Of a stretch of DNA of 64,000 nucleotides, positions 49,738-60,083 are shown piece by piece. A program made the translations under genes and the position numbers. The notes beneath the pieces are model-generated. The model did no database searches. It saw nothing but the letters and a program-made list of their open reading frames with translations, and had not been told where the DNA came from. Origin of the DNA: Anolis carolinensis (taxonomy: Eukaryota); contig NC_085846.1 of the NCBI RefSeq assembly GCF_035594765.1, positions 106,689,190-106,753,189 on the forward strand, read 5' to 3'. Positions within the stretch are counted from its first letter, which is position 1; the number at the start of each line of letters is the position of its first letter.

Positions 49738-52700
49738 AATCATCTGCATATCCACATCATCACTTCCCCCCGTTTTGCACCCTCCTCTGCAACATACTGG
49801 ATCTTTAAATTGATCTACCATCAGCAGTTCTTCCCACCACAGAGATCTCCCCCTTCTGTCAGTGATGTAGGAGAAATATCTGACCGATCTCTGAATGGAT
49901 CCTAGTTGGTATGGTTTCTCAGCCAATCAGGGGAAGGTGCAGGAAGTCTGAATAGCTGTCAGAACTACATTAAATGTCTTGTGTTTTTCTGTGAATTTAT
50001 GCTTGTACATTTTGAAGCGCTTTGCTAATACTTGCATCCCTTTTGGCCAAAAGGATTAAGCCTCTATAACTTTGCCTTCAATCAGGAGAGCTTGCTCTCT
50101 GCCCTGGCTGGTCTGGTTTAGTGAAAACTCACTGAATACGGACCTCCTTATCTGTCCTATCTGAAATCACTACAATAAGAACTAGAAACTTTGAGTATCA
50201 AGTATCAGTGGAGTAATAAGAATAAACTATCATACTTATGAAATTAAGTTTCACGAATTTTGAAGGAAATTCTATCAATTAAAAACACAGGATTCTGATT
50301 TTAAGTACAGTAGTTCTGCTGCAAGTAAATTTCTTTGAAGACTTTAAGCAATTGTGCCATCTCATTTTCTGTAACATATCATTAAATTCAACTGAAATCA
50401 ATGGGATTTTGTGTAGAGTTTTTATGTTGCACGTTGTTCCTTTTCAACAAAACGGAAAATCCTGATACTGTAGTATTTAGGGTATTTTTATTGCGATATG
50501 AACATCTGAATAGAGTAGTTATATGTAGTGGCCACCAGGCGTTGAATATTATTATTAGGCTGCAGGTATAAATGCTTCCAATATCCTGTTGTTTTATAAG
50601 AAACATTTTATGCACCTCTACTCATGCTTCCAGGCATTAGAACAGAGAGAGCTGATTAAAGACATGAATAAATGGTTTCATTGCTATATATCTTGGTACA
50701 AGTCCCTTCCCCCTTCGAAAACAATTCACAAGCACGCCCTTCTTCAGCATTCTAAATGTTTCTGGTTTTCTTCTTTCCATGACTGTGATAAAAATAGAAC
50801 AACAACGTAACATATACTACAATCCCATCTATGTTTATTAAAAAATGCTCCCAAGTCAACCACAATGCTCTGCTTCTTTCCCAAGAATTGGGAGGGACTG
50901 TAACACTTTAAAAAAGTAACTATTTATTTTCCTGTTTCACAAAAATAAGCTTTTAAAAGATCTGTGAATGCAACAAATTGCTTCCTGTGGTATAAACAAA
51001 CTCCTCTTGTTGTCATCAAAACTTCACAAATCATAAGCAAGCTCTTGAGCCACATAACATCCTTCCTTCATCGATTAGTGAAGTCATGTTCCTAAAACTA
51101 TTGGAATAACTTTAAAAGTTACTACTACATGCCAAAAGCAAAAAAGTACTGTATCCCTCGTGTTTTACCACTATAATCTAGCTTAGTTACATTTTCATTT
51201 TCAGGAAGAGGAATTAATTACAGCTAACTAATTTTATCAATGCTTCAAAGTCATTTGTAATTGATTATTTCAAAGCTCAAAACCTGGTTATACACATACA
51301 GACATTAGTAAGGTCCCACATACGATGTCATATAATACAGTTTCATAATGCAGTTTAACTGCATTGAACTGTATTTTATGGCAATGTAGATGGGGCCTAA
51401 ATCAATAAAGCTTCTCACAAAAACACTCCTTTTTACAAAGTCTTTATGTCTGCTCAGCCTCCTCTTTGCCTCATCCCGTTTATCTGGTAGGTCTTTTGGC
51501 AGCATCAGCACTGGGCATGGAGAGGAAGAATGAGAGAAACATATTTTCAGTGTCAGGTTTCAGTAGCATGTCTGTAGTAGTAAACAATGCAATGAAGCTT
51601 AAGATGGGGAAAACTGGGAATTTATTCTAGCCAGTGCTAGTGCAGCTTTGTGTGCCTGCGTACAACAGGGAAGCTAAACATTAGCTCACTACAAATAGTG
51701 TAGCAAAGCTGGAGTTACTTTTAATAAGATACTTTACTGGTGAAGATAGATGTCCTTCAGAGTACTTTCAACAAGGATGTTTATTAGGTAAGCAGTATCA
51801 ATGATAAGCTCAGAACAATAATTTTAGCTTAAAAGAATAATACTTTTTTATTCTTCTTGACTTAACAACCACATCCTCACAGGCCTTTACTAATCCAAAT
51901 ACCCAAGAAATGATCCAATCCTAAGGAATGTACTCACACACTTGTGATATATTTTTAATAAATCCTGTCCTACTCCACAAACAAGTTCTGAGATTCAATG
52001 TCAATAAAAGGCCTTATTACTGCCACCTACTGGCTATAACATTATCACTCCTCAGGCATACAGACGTACACAAGCCTTTTCCGAGACATTTCTGCCCAGT
52101 ATTCTCAATTCCATTCCAGAACCTATCAAGGAAAAGGTCCATATAATATTATTATATTAAAACCTCTGTTAGTTTAAGAATAAGATCAAAGAATCATAGA
52201 GATGGAAGAGACCACAAAGGAATGAATTTGAGGAAGTCAGTCTCTCTCAGCTTCAGAGGAAGGCAATGGCAAACCGCCTCTGAACAGATCTTGCAAAAAA
52301 AACAACAACCCACATTAGGTTCACTTTATAGTAGCCACACATTAGATATAATTTGGAGGCACACAACAATGACAGCGTATTTTAAGGTTAGAGTGCATAT
52401 ATTTTGTTTGTTAAAAACCCAATTCAACACAACAGGACTTTCAGGCAATCAAGCTTAATCTACCTTTTAAGTTTTCTCTGTCAGCTTTGAACAGTTTGTG
52501 TTCTAGCTGATCAATGGTGTTAGCTCCAAATTTTAATGTTCGTAGGATTGCAAATAGGATTAAGTGTACATACTCTTATCAAACCATAAATGATTATAGA
52601 GCTTTTAGGACAGTGGTCTACATTAATTCCAAAGCACTGCATTTAATCTATACTCTGGTTTCCCTTCAGATCATATAAATCTTTCGCTTTCTACTGAAGG

Positions 52701-52992
52701 TTTCTGCATTTAATCTTCAAACGGGAAAGTAATATAAATTCAGAAGTCTGAAAAAATCCTATTACTTTTCTTTTCTGAAGAATTTGATAGGCAGTAGATG
52801 ATGCAAATGTTGAAAAATATGGCTGACAAAGCTCTTGTCTGCCAGTAGGTTCAGCATCCATAACTGGAACTGGATTACCTTTGTTCATACAAGCCCTATC
52901 TGGAATTCCAAAATACTCCAAAATCCCAAATCGTCCACATGGATGGCTGAGACAGTGGCATCTTTGCTTTCTGGTCGTTCAATGTACAGTAC

Positions 52993-52993
<1 letters not shown>

Positions 52994-53066
<73 letters not shown>
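52994..53066. repeat. (TAA)n microsatellite
   Basis: Directly visible, about 24 units. Confidence 0.98.
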
Positions 53067-53068
<2 letters not shown>

Positions 53069-53633
53069 TTCCGTAGCCCACTTGTCGATGGATGTCCAGA
53101 ATCAGCAGCATCCACCGGGGTCCTTTTTATCCTGGGCGACGACCGAGCCAGTATAGACTTCGTTTTGGTTTGATTCTCCATAATGCTAATGGTTAGGTGC
53201 TCTTAGTTCTGCTCCTCAGCTGAGGCCTCTCTGGCTTGGTTGGACCTGCCGGTAGTTACACTACCGCCAGCACAGCCCCCAGTCATCATTGGAGCAGTTA
53301 AGCCCCCCCACCACGTCAAGCCGCTATCAGGACCTCAAGATTGAACTTCAAAGACTCTGGCAGAAACCAGTGCAGGTGGTCTCGGTGGTGATGGGCACAC
53401 TGGGTGCCGTGCCAAAAGATCTCAGCCGGCATTTGGAAACAATAGACATTGACAAAATCACGACCTGCCAACTGCAAAAGGCCACCCTACTGGGATCTGC
53501 GCGCATCATCCGAAAATACATCACACAGTCCTATACACTTGGGAAGTGTTCAACTTGTGATTTTGTGAAACAAAATCCAGCATATTTATCTTGTTTGCTG
53601 TGTCATACAACGTCGTTGTGTCAATAATAATAA
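53067..53633 (+). mobile_element. Dong/R4 non-LTR retrotransposon, internally deleted, with inverted 5' segment
   Basis: 53321-53633 (+) encodes RYQDLKIELQRLWQKPVQVVSVVMGTLGAVPK...QLQKATLLGSARIIRKYI (end of an R4-clade restriction-like endonuclease), then a 3' UTR ending in (TAA)n. 53067-53320 (-) holds a structured 5'UTR-like segment and an ATG at 53181. Confidence 0.8.
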
Positions 53634-54129
53634 TGATGATGATGATGATGACAACTCGGGCAGCTCACAACGGAATCAAATTACAATGCATACATAAGCT
53701 TGGTTTCATGTGCAAAAGTATTTAATATATTGTATGGAATTATCTTCTTCAGGCTCTGTGTATAAGGTATACATGAAACACAAACTAAAGCACAAACCTT
53801 TGCTCCAAAACATTTTGATATGGGATACTCAACATGTAAAGTAATCCAAAAGGTTGTCTGCTTCCGTTAGAGGCAGGCATGGGCAAACATGTGTCCTCCA
53901 GGTGTTTTGGACTTCAGCTCCCACCATTCCCAACAGCCTACCGAAATCCCACAAAGGGTGCATCTACACTGGAGAATTAATGCTGTTTAATGCCACTTTC
54001 AACTGCCATGTCCCAAAGCAATAAAATCTTGGGATTTGTAGTGTAGTGAGGCAATTTTAGTGGGTTTTAGTTCTGTTTTTACTATACTTTGTCTATTCAA
54101 TTGTTTTTTATCTTTTTTATTGCTCTTTT

Positions 54130-54525
54130 AATAATATAATAATAACAATAATAAAACTTTATTTATACCCTGCCACCATCTCCCCAGCGGGGACTCGGGG
54201 CGGCTAACATGGGGCCATGCCCAAAGCAATACAATATAATAAAATATAAAACAGCATATCATAACATAATTAAAAGTAATACAATAGATAATAATAGACA
54301 TCGCATCAAGAAATCAAGAAACAGTAAAACAAGAGCAGGCCGCATGAACACAAAGATAAAACCCGGAGTGAGAGGGACAGAGGGGTACTCCAATGTGGAC
54401 AGGGACATATGAGAGTGGGGTAGTTTAGAGGATAGATGTTCGGGGGGGAGTAACACAGAAATATATAACAGAAGTTACTCACCGAAAGCACAGCGGAAGA
54501 GCCATGTTTTCAGGTCTTTCCTAAA
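54130..54525 (-). mobile_element. L2 LINE 3' fragment
   Basis: Reversed L2 tail and minus-strand FRKDLKTWLFRCAFGE*. Confidence 0.85.
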
Positions 54526-54733
54526 ACTTGTCTGAGGTTAGCCCAGCCTACCGGCTGTTAGGAATTGTGTGAGTTGAAGTCCAAAACACCTGGAGGGCCC
54601 AGTTGGCCAATGCCTGCTGTATACTCTCACCTTCTGGCTATGTTATATAGATACTTTTAAAAAATGAGTTGCTGGTAGGCACTGTGAGTTCTAGCCATCT
54701 TGAATTCCCATAGGGATAAAAATAATACAAGCT

Positions 54734-56355
54734 TTGTTGTTGTTTATTCGTTCAGTCGCTTCTGAATCTTTGTGACCTCATGGAACAGCCCACGCTAGAG
54801 CTCCCTGTCGGCCGTCACCACCCCCAGCTCCTTCAAGGTCAAGCCAGTCACTTCAAGGATACCATCCATCCATCTTGCTCTTGGTCGGCCCCTCATCCTT
54901 TTTCCTTCCATTTTTCCCAGCATCATGATCTTTTCCAAGCTTTCCTGTCTTCTCATGATGTGGCCATCTTGGTCTCCTATATCCTTCCCTCCAGTGAGCA
55001 GTAGGGCATTATTTCCTGGAGTATGGACTAGTTGGATCTTCTTGTGGTCCAAGGCACTCTCAGAATTTTCCTCCAACACCACAGTTCAAAAGCATACATC
55101 TTCCTTCGCTCAGCCTTCCTTATGGTCCAACTCTCAGATCCATAGTTACTACAGGGAATACCATTGCTTTAACTATGCAGACCTTCGTTGTCAATGTGAT
55201 GTCTGTACTCTTCACTATTTTCTCAAGATTGGTCATTGCTCTCCTCCCAAGAAGTAAACGTATTCTGCTTTCCTGGCTGCAGTCTGTGTCTGCAGTCAAC
55301 TTTGTGCCTAGAAATACGAAGATTGTCATTGCTTCCACGTTTTCTCCCTCTATTTGCCAGTTGCCATAATCTTGTTTTTTTTATGTTTAACTGCAGCCCA
55401 GCTTTTGCACTTTCTTCTTTCACCTTGGTTATAAGGCTCCTCCTCGCTTTCAGCCATCAAAGTGGTATCATCTTCATATCTAAGGTTGTTAATGTCTCTT
55501 CCAGCCATTTTAACTCCAGCCTTGGATTCATCAAGCCCCGCATGTCGCATGATGTGTTCTGCGTACAAGTTGAATAGGTAGGGTGAAAGTATGCAGCCCT
55601 GCCGTACTCCTTTCCCAATCTTGAACCAGTCTGTTGTTCAGTGATCTGTTCTGACTGTTGCTACTTGGTCGTTATACAGATTTCTCAGGAGACAGACAAT
55701 GTGACTTGGTATCCCCATACCACCAAGAACTTGCCACAATTTATTGTGATCCACACAGTCAAAGGCTTTAGAATAGTCAATAAAGCAGAAGTAGATGTTT
55801 TTCTGAAACTCCCTGGCTTCCTCCATTATCCAGCGGATATTGGCAATTTGGTCTCTCGTTCCTCTGCCTTTTCTAAACCCAGCTTGTACATCTGGCAACT
55901 CTCACTCCATGTATTAATGGAGTCTACCTTGTAGGATTTTGAGCATTAGCTTACTGGCATGGGAAATAAGTGCCACTGTACAAAAGTTTGAGCATTGTTT
56001 AGCGTTTCCCTTTTTTGGTATGGGGATACAAATTGATTTTTTCCCAATCTGATGGACATTCTTATGTTTTCCATATTTGCTGGCATATGGCATGCATCAA
56101 CTTGACTGCATCATCTTTCAAGATTTTAAACAGATCAGCTGGAATCCCATCATCTCCTGCTGCCTTGTTATTAGCAATGCTTCTTAAGGCCCATTCAACC
56201 TCACTTCTCAGGATGTCTGGTTCTACTTCACTCACCACAGCATCAAAGTTGTCCTCAATATTATCTTTCCTATACAGATCTTCTGTACAGTCTTTTGACC
56301 TCTTCAGCTTCTGTTAGGTCCTTGCCATCTGTTTTTGAGCATGCCTATTTTTGCC
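54734..56355 (-). mobile_element. BovB-type RTE LINE, 5'-truncated and degenerate
   Basis: PDVQAGFRKGRGTRDQIANIRWIME...FIDYSKAFDCVDHNKLW, NNLRYEDDTTL, SLEKIMMLGKMEGKR..GRPRARWMDGI; (CAA)n tail. Confidence 0.93.
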
Positions 56356-56463
56356 AATACGAAAAGCACCCCTGTCGGGGGTGCTTTGAATGAGACTTTC
56401 CTGCATCTTGCAGGGGGTTGGTCTGGATGGCCAGTGAGGTCTCTTCCAACTCTACGATTCTAA

Positions 56464-57290
56464 GGGTTGTTGTATGTTTTCCGGGCTGTATGGCCATGTT
56501 CTAGAAGTATTCTCTCCTGGCATTTCACCCACATCCATGGCAGGCATCCTCAGAGGTTGTGAGGTATGGAGAAACTAAGCAAGGAATGTTTATACATATC
56601 CGTGGAAAGTCCAGGGTGAGAAAAGAACTCTTTGTCAGTTGGAAGCCAGTGTGAACGTTGTAGTTAATCACCTTAATTAGCATTGAATAGCTTCATCTCC
56701 TGGCTTCCTGCCTGGGGACATCCTTTATTCAGAGTCATTAGCTGCCCTTGGTTCCCATGTCTGGTTTTCAGAGTCTTGCTTCTTATTTGCTGCTGCTCAG
56801 TTGTTTAGTCGTCTCCGACTCTTCGTGACCTCATGGACCAGTCCACGCCAGAGCTCCCTGTCGGCTGTCACCACCCCCAGTTCCTTCAAGGTCAAGCCAG
56901 TCACTTCAAGGATACCGTCCATCCATCTTGCCCTTGGTCGGCCTCTCTTCCTTTTTCCTTTCATTTTCCCCAGCATCGTGATCTTTTCCAAGCTTTCCTA
57001 TCTCCTCATGATGTGGCCAAAATACTTCAGCTTTGCCTCTAATATCCTTCTTATTTACTGTTCTGATTTTTCAATTTTTTAATACTGGTAGCTAGATTTT
57101 GTTCATTTTCATGGTTTCCTCCTTTCTCTTGAAGTTGTCCACATGCTTGTGAATTTCAATGGCTTTTCTGTGTAGTCTGACATGATAGTTGTTGGAGTGA
57201 GTGGTCAAGCATTTCTGTGTTCTCAAATAATATCCTGTGTCCAGGTTGGTTCATCAGGTGCTCTGCTCTGGCTGATTTTTCTGGTTGAGT
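56464..57290 (-). mobile_element. Penelope-like element 3' part (GIY-YIG end plus terminal repeat), interrupted by a BovB fragment
   Basis: Minus strand QPEKSARAEHLMNQPGHRILFENTEMLDHS...RKAIEIHKHVDNFKRKEE; mutated hammerhead at 56516-56556. Confidence 0.87.
56793..57046 (-). mobile_element. BovB-type RTE 3' fragment inside Penelope
   Basis: LEKITMLGKMKGKRKRGRPRARWMDGI...HEVTKSRRRLNN; 14-bp TSD cttcttattt(g/a)ctg at 56779-56792 and 57047-57060. Confidence 0.92.
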
Positions 57291-57299
57291 AAGTAAGTA

Positions 57300-58452
57300 C
57301 AGTAGAGTCTCACTTATCCAACACTCGCTTACCCAACGTTCTGGATTATCCAACACATTTTTGTAGTCAATGTTTTCAATATATCGTGATATTTTGTTGC
57401 TAAATTCGTAAATACAGTAATTACTACATAGCATTACTGCATATTGAACTACTTTTTCTGTCAAATTTGTTGTATAACATGATGTTTTGGTGCTCAATTT
57501 GTAAAATCATAACCTAATTTGATGTTTAATAGGCTTTTCCGTAATCTCTCCTTATTATCCCAACATATTAACTTATCCGGAGCCCCGGTGGCGAAGTGCG
57601 TTAAAGCACTGAGCTGGAGACCGAAAGGTCCCAGGTTCAAACGCCGGTGCGGCTTGAGCGGCCGCTGTTAGCTCCAGCTCCTGCCAACCTAGCAGTTCGA
57701 AAACATGCCAATGTAAGTAGATCAACTTACCTATCCGAACGTATCTCCTCCTATGAGCCCATGAGAACTTTAAGATCGTCTGGGGAGGCCCTGCTCTCGG
57801 TCCCACCTGCCTCACAAGTGCGGCTGGTGGGAACGAGAGATAGGGCCTTCTCGGTGGTGGCTCCTCAGCTGTAGAACTCCCTCCCCAGTGACATCCGGCA
57901 GGCTCCATCCCTTCTGAGTTTTAGAAAAAAGGTGAAGACCTGGCTTCGCGAACAAGCGTTTAATGAATGAATTATGATGGCTTTAACTCGGTCCGGATTA
58001 AGGTTTATGTGCAAGGTTTATGTGGACGAATGGATTAAGTATTTTTATTGTACTGTTTTAAATGTATTTATTGGATTATTTTAAATTGATTGTTTTAATT
58101 GTTATGTTTTATTTTTGTACTGTATACCGGCACTGAATTTGCCAGATTGTGAGCCGCCCTGAGTCCCTTCGGGTGAGAAGGGCGGCATAGAAATGATGGA
58201 AATAAATAAATAAATAAATAGGTACCGCTCTGGCGGGAAGGTAACGACGTTCCATGCAGTCATGCCGGCCACATGACCTTGGAGGTGTCTACGGACAACG
58301 CCGGCTCTTCGACTTAGACATGGAGGCGAGCACCAACCCCCAGAGTCAGACATGACTGGACTTAACGTCAGGGGAAAACCTTTACCCTTTTACCTATTAA
58401 CTTATCCAACGTTCTGCTGGCCCGTTTATGTTGGATAAGTGTGACTCTGCTG
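57300..58452. mobile_element. Tc1/mariner MITE hosting a Sauria SINE (57579-58394) that hosts an L2 fragment (57726-58218)
   Basis: MITE TIRs with TA; perfect 13-bp SINE TSD TATTAACTTATCC (57566-57578 / 58395-58407); SINE halves rejoin as gtagatcaa|taggtacc. Confidence 0.93.
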
Positions 58453-58473
58453 TATTAAGGGGTCGCGGCATTA

Positions 58474-58875
58474 CCGTGTTTCCTCGAAAATAAGACAGTG
58501 TCTTATATTAATTTTTGCTCCCAAAAATGCGCTAGGTCTTATTTTCAGGGGATGTCTTATTTTTCCATGAAGAAGAATTCACATTTATTGTTGAACAAAA
58601 AAATGAACATATACTGTACAGTAGTTGTCATCACAAACTAGCATAACCAGACAAACTGTGAATCCTATCAAGAATTTCTTGTTACTACCAATGTACAACA
58701 CTATGGTACGTACATTTACTGATCCTGCATGCTCTGGTGTTCTGTTCAATGGGCATGCTTCCAAACAAAAACTTCGCTAGGTCTTACTTTCGGGGGAGGC
58801 CTTATATTTAGCAATTCAGCAAAACCTCTACTAGGTCTTATTTTCTGGCGATGTCTTATTTTTGGTGAAACAGGG
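58474..58875. mobile_element. Tc2-like (Tc1/mariner superfamily) MITE inserted in a SPIN-like terminus
   Basis: TIR CCGTGTTTCCTCGAAAATAAGACA with TA duplication; flanks rejoin as ttaaggggtcgcggcatTAggaagtttgagaagccctg. Confidence 0.85.
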
Positions 58876-58899
58876 TAGGAAGTTTGAGAAGCCCTGCCC

Positions 58900-59870
58900 G
58901 CCTAGATAAAAATATTCCACAGTGGCTCTTTAAGAGGTACCAAAGGCCCGCTTGAAAACCCGCCCTACGGAAAGCGAGAGGAGGACAATCTTCCGCCTCC
59001 GCAAATTGGAACGCGCCGCTAGTAACCGGCAAGCCGCGCCTCCTGCGAGTCCCCTTCCCTGGCTCGCGCGTGAGGAGGAGTGACGTCACCCTCCGCGCGC
59101 GCCTCCCGACGCCGCCCAATCACGCGCGGGGGGGAGGGGGGAGGGGACCAAGAAAGGGAAGGAGGAAAAGGAGGCGGGGCGGGGCCCTCTAGGGCGCCAT
59201 CCAATCCCTTCCGCGGACGGGGGCGGGACTTCCGCCCGGAGCCGGAAGCGGGGCTCGTGGGTCTCTTTCCCTCTCACTCCCTCATATGCGAGCGAATTGT
59301 TTCTACTCCTCCTCTTCCTCCTTCTCGTCCTCGTCTTCTGCTTCCTCCGCTTCTTCCTCTTCCTCCTCCTTCCCTTCCCTCTCGCCTCCTCCTTCTTCCT
59401 CCGTCGCTGCCGCCTCTCCTCACTCTCTCTCGCCCCTTTCCTGGGATTCGGAGGCGGCGGCGGCGGAGGAGGAGAGACAGAGAAGGAGAAGGCGTGTGTG
59501 CGAGACAGAGAGGGGCTCAAAGGGCGACGACGGAGCCGAGCACAGACGAGGGACTCCGCCTGGCCTTCCGAGGGAGACTCCGGGGCCTCGCTCGGCTGCG
59601 GGCTGACAGGTGAGCCACCTAGGCCTCGCTCGGCCGGCATCCAGGCCTGCTTCTTCGCCTCCGCTTCCGCCGACGCCATTTTCTCACCCGAGGCCTGGCA
59701 GGGTGGGGGGTTGGGGTGGGGGCGGGGCCGGCCTCTGCCGCGAATCGGTCCCGCTTTGGGCCTGCACTGCGTCGACCTCGAATTGAGACAGAGCGCGCGA
59801 AGGAGGAGGAGGCAGGAAATTCGGCAGATAATCGTAGCACTCAAACTACTACCAAACTCAGGCCCCTTCC
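58900..59870 (+). promoter_or_regulatory. CpG-island promoter, divergent from GTPBP4 (probably LARP4B)
   Basis: Very CpG-rich; full CRE TGACGTCA 59081-59088, CCAAT 59116-59120 and 59201-59205, GC box 59176-59185, ETS motifs 59228-59249, YY1 motif CGCCATTTT 59674-59682. Confidence 0.9.
59265..59609 (+). other. LARP4B: Non-coding first exon, probably LARP4B (start approximate)
   Basis: Strong donor CAG|gtgagc at 59609/59610 inside the CpG island. Identity rests only on the known vertebrate order IDI1-GTPBP4-LARP4B with GTPBP4 and LARP4B head to head; no LARP4B coding sequence is in the window. Confidence 0.62.
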
Positions 59871-59949
59871 TCACAGCTGAATTAAATAAAATCTCACATT
59901 TGGGTTCCTATCCATAGCTGTCTTCACTCAGGACCTCATCAGGCTAGAG

Positions 59950-60083
59950 CAGGCATGGGCAAACTTGGGCCCTCCGGGTGTTTTGGACTTCAACTCCCAC
60001 AATTCCTAACAGCCGGTAGGCTGTTAGGAATTGTGGGAGTTGAAGTCCAAAACACCCGGAGGGTCCAAGTTTGCCCATGCCTG
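59950..60083. mobile_element. Near-perfect palindromic hAT MITE
   Basis: TIR CAGGCATGGGCAAACTTGG; the whole element folds back on itself; TSD ggctagag / ctctagag. Half copies at 53874-53943, 54544-54616 and 60251-60320. Confidence 0.9.

Larger units (their letters stand above)
52888..53838. mobile_element. Old Tigger4/MER46-like MITE interrupted by later insertions
   Basis: Right end gatatgggatactcaacatgta, and body (ctttgctttctgg...caatgtaca | gtttcatgtgcaaaa...tgtgtataagg) resemble Tigger4/MER46 as remembered; split at about 52993-53690. Confidence 0.55.

Noticed and set aside
52881-53156. Poly-N, poly-Y and poly-I ORFs
   Set aside because: Translations of the (TAA)n microsatellite.
59019-59917. 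Long overlapping ORFs of 177, 206 and 262 aa on both strands, including AAAATGGCG-initiated MASAEAEAKK on the minus strand
   Set aside because: Low-complexity frames expected in a GC-rich island with few stop codons; no domain recognised; AAAATGGCG is better explained as a YY1 site.
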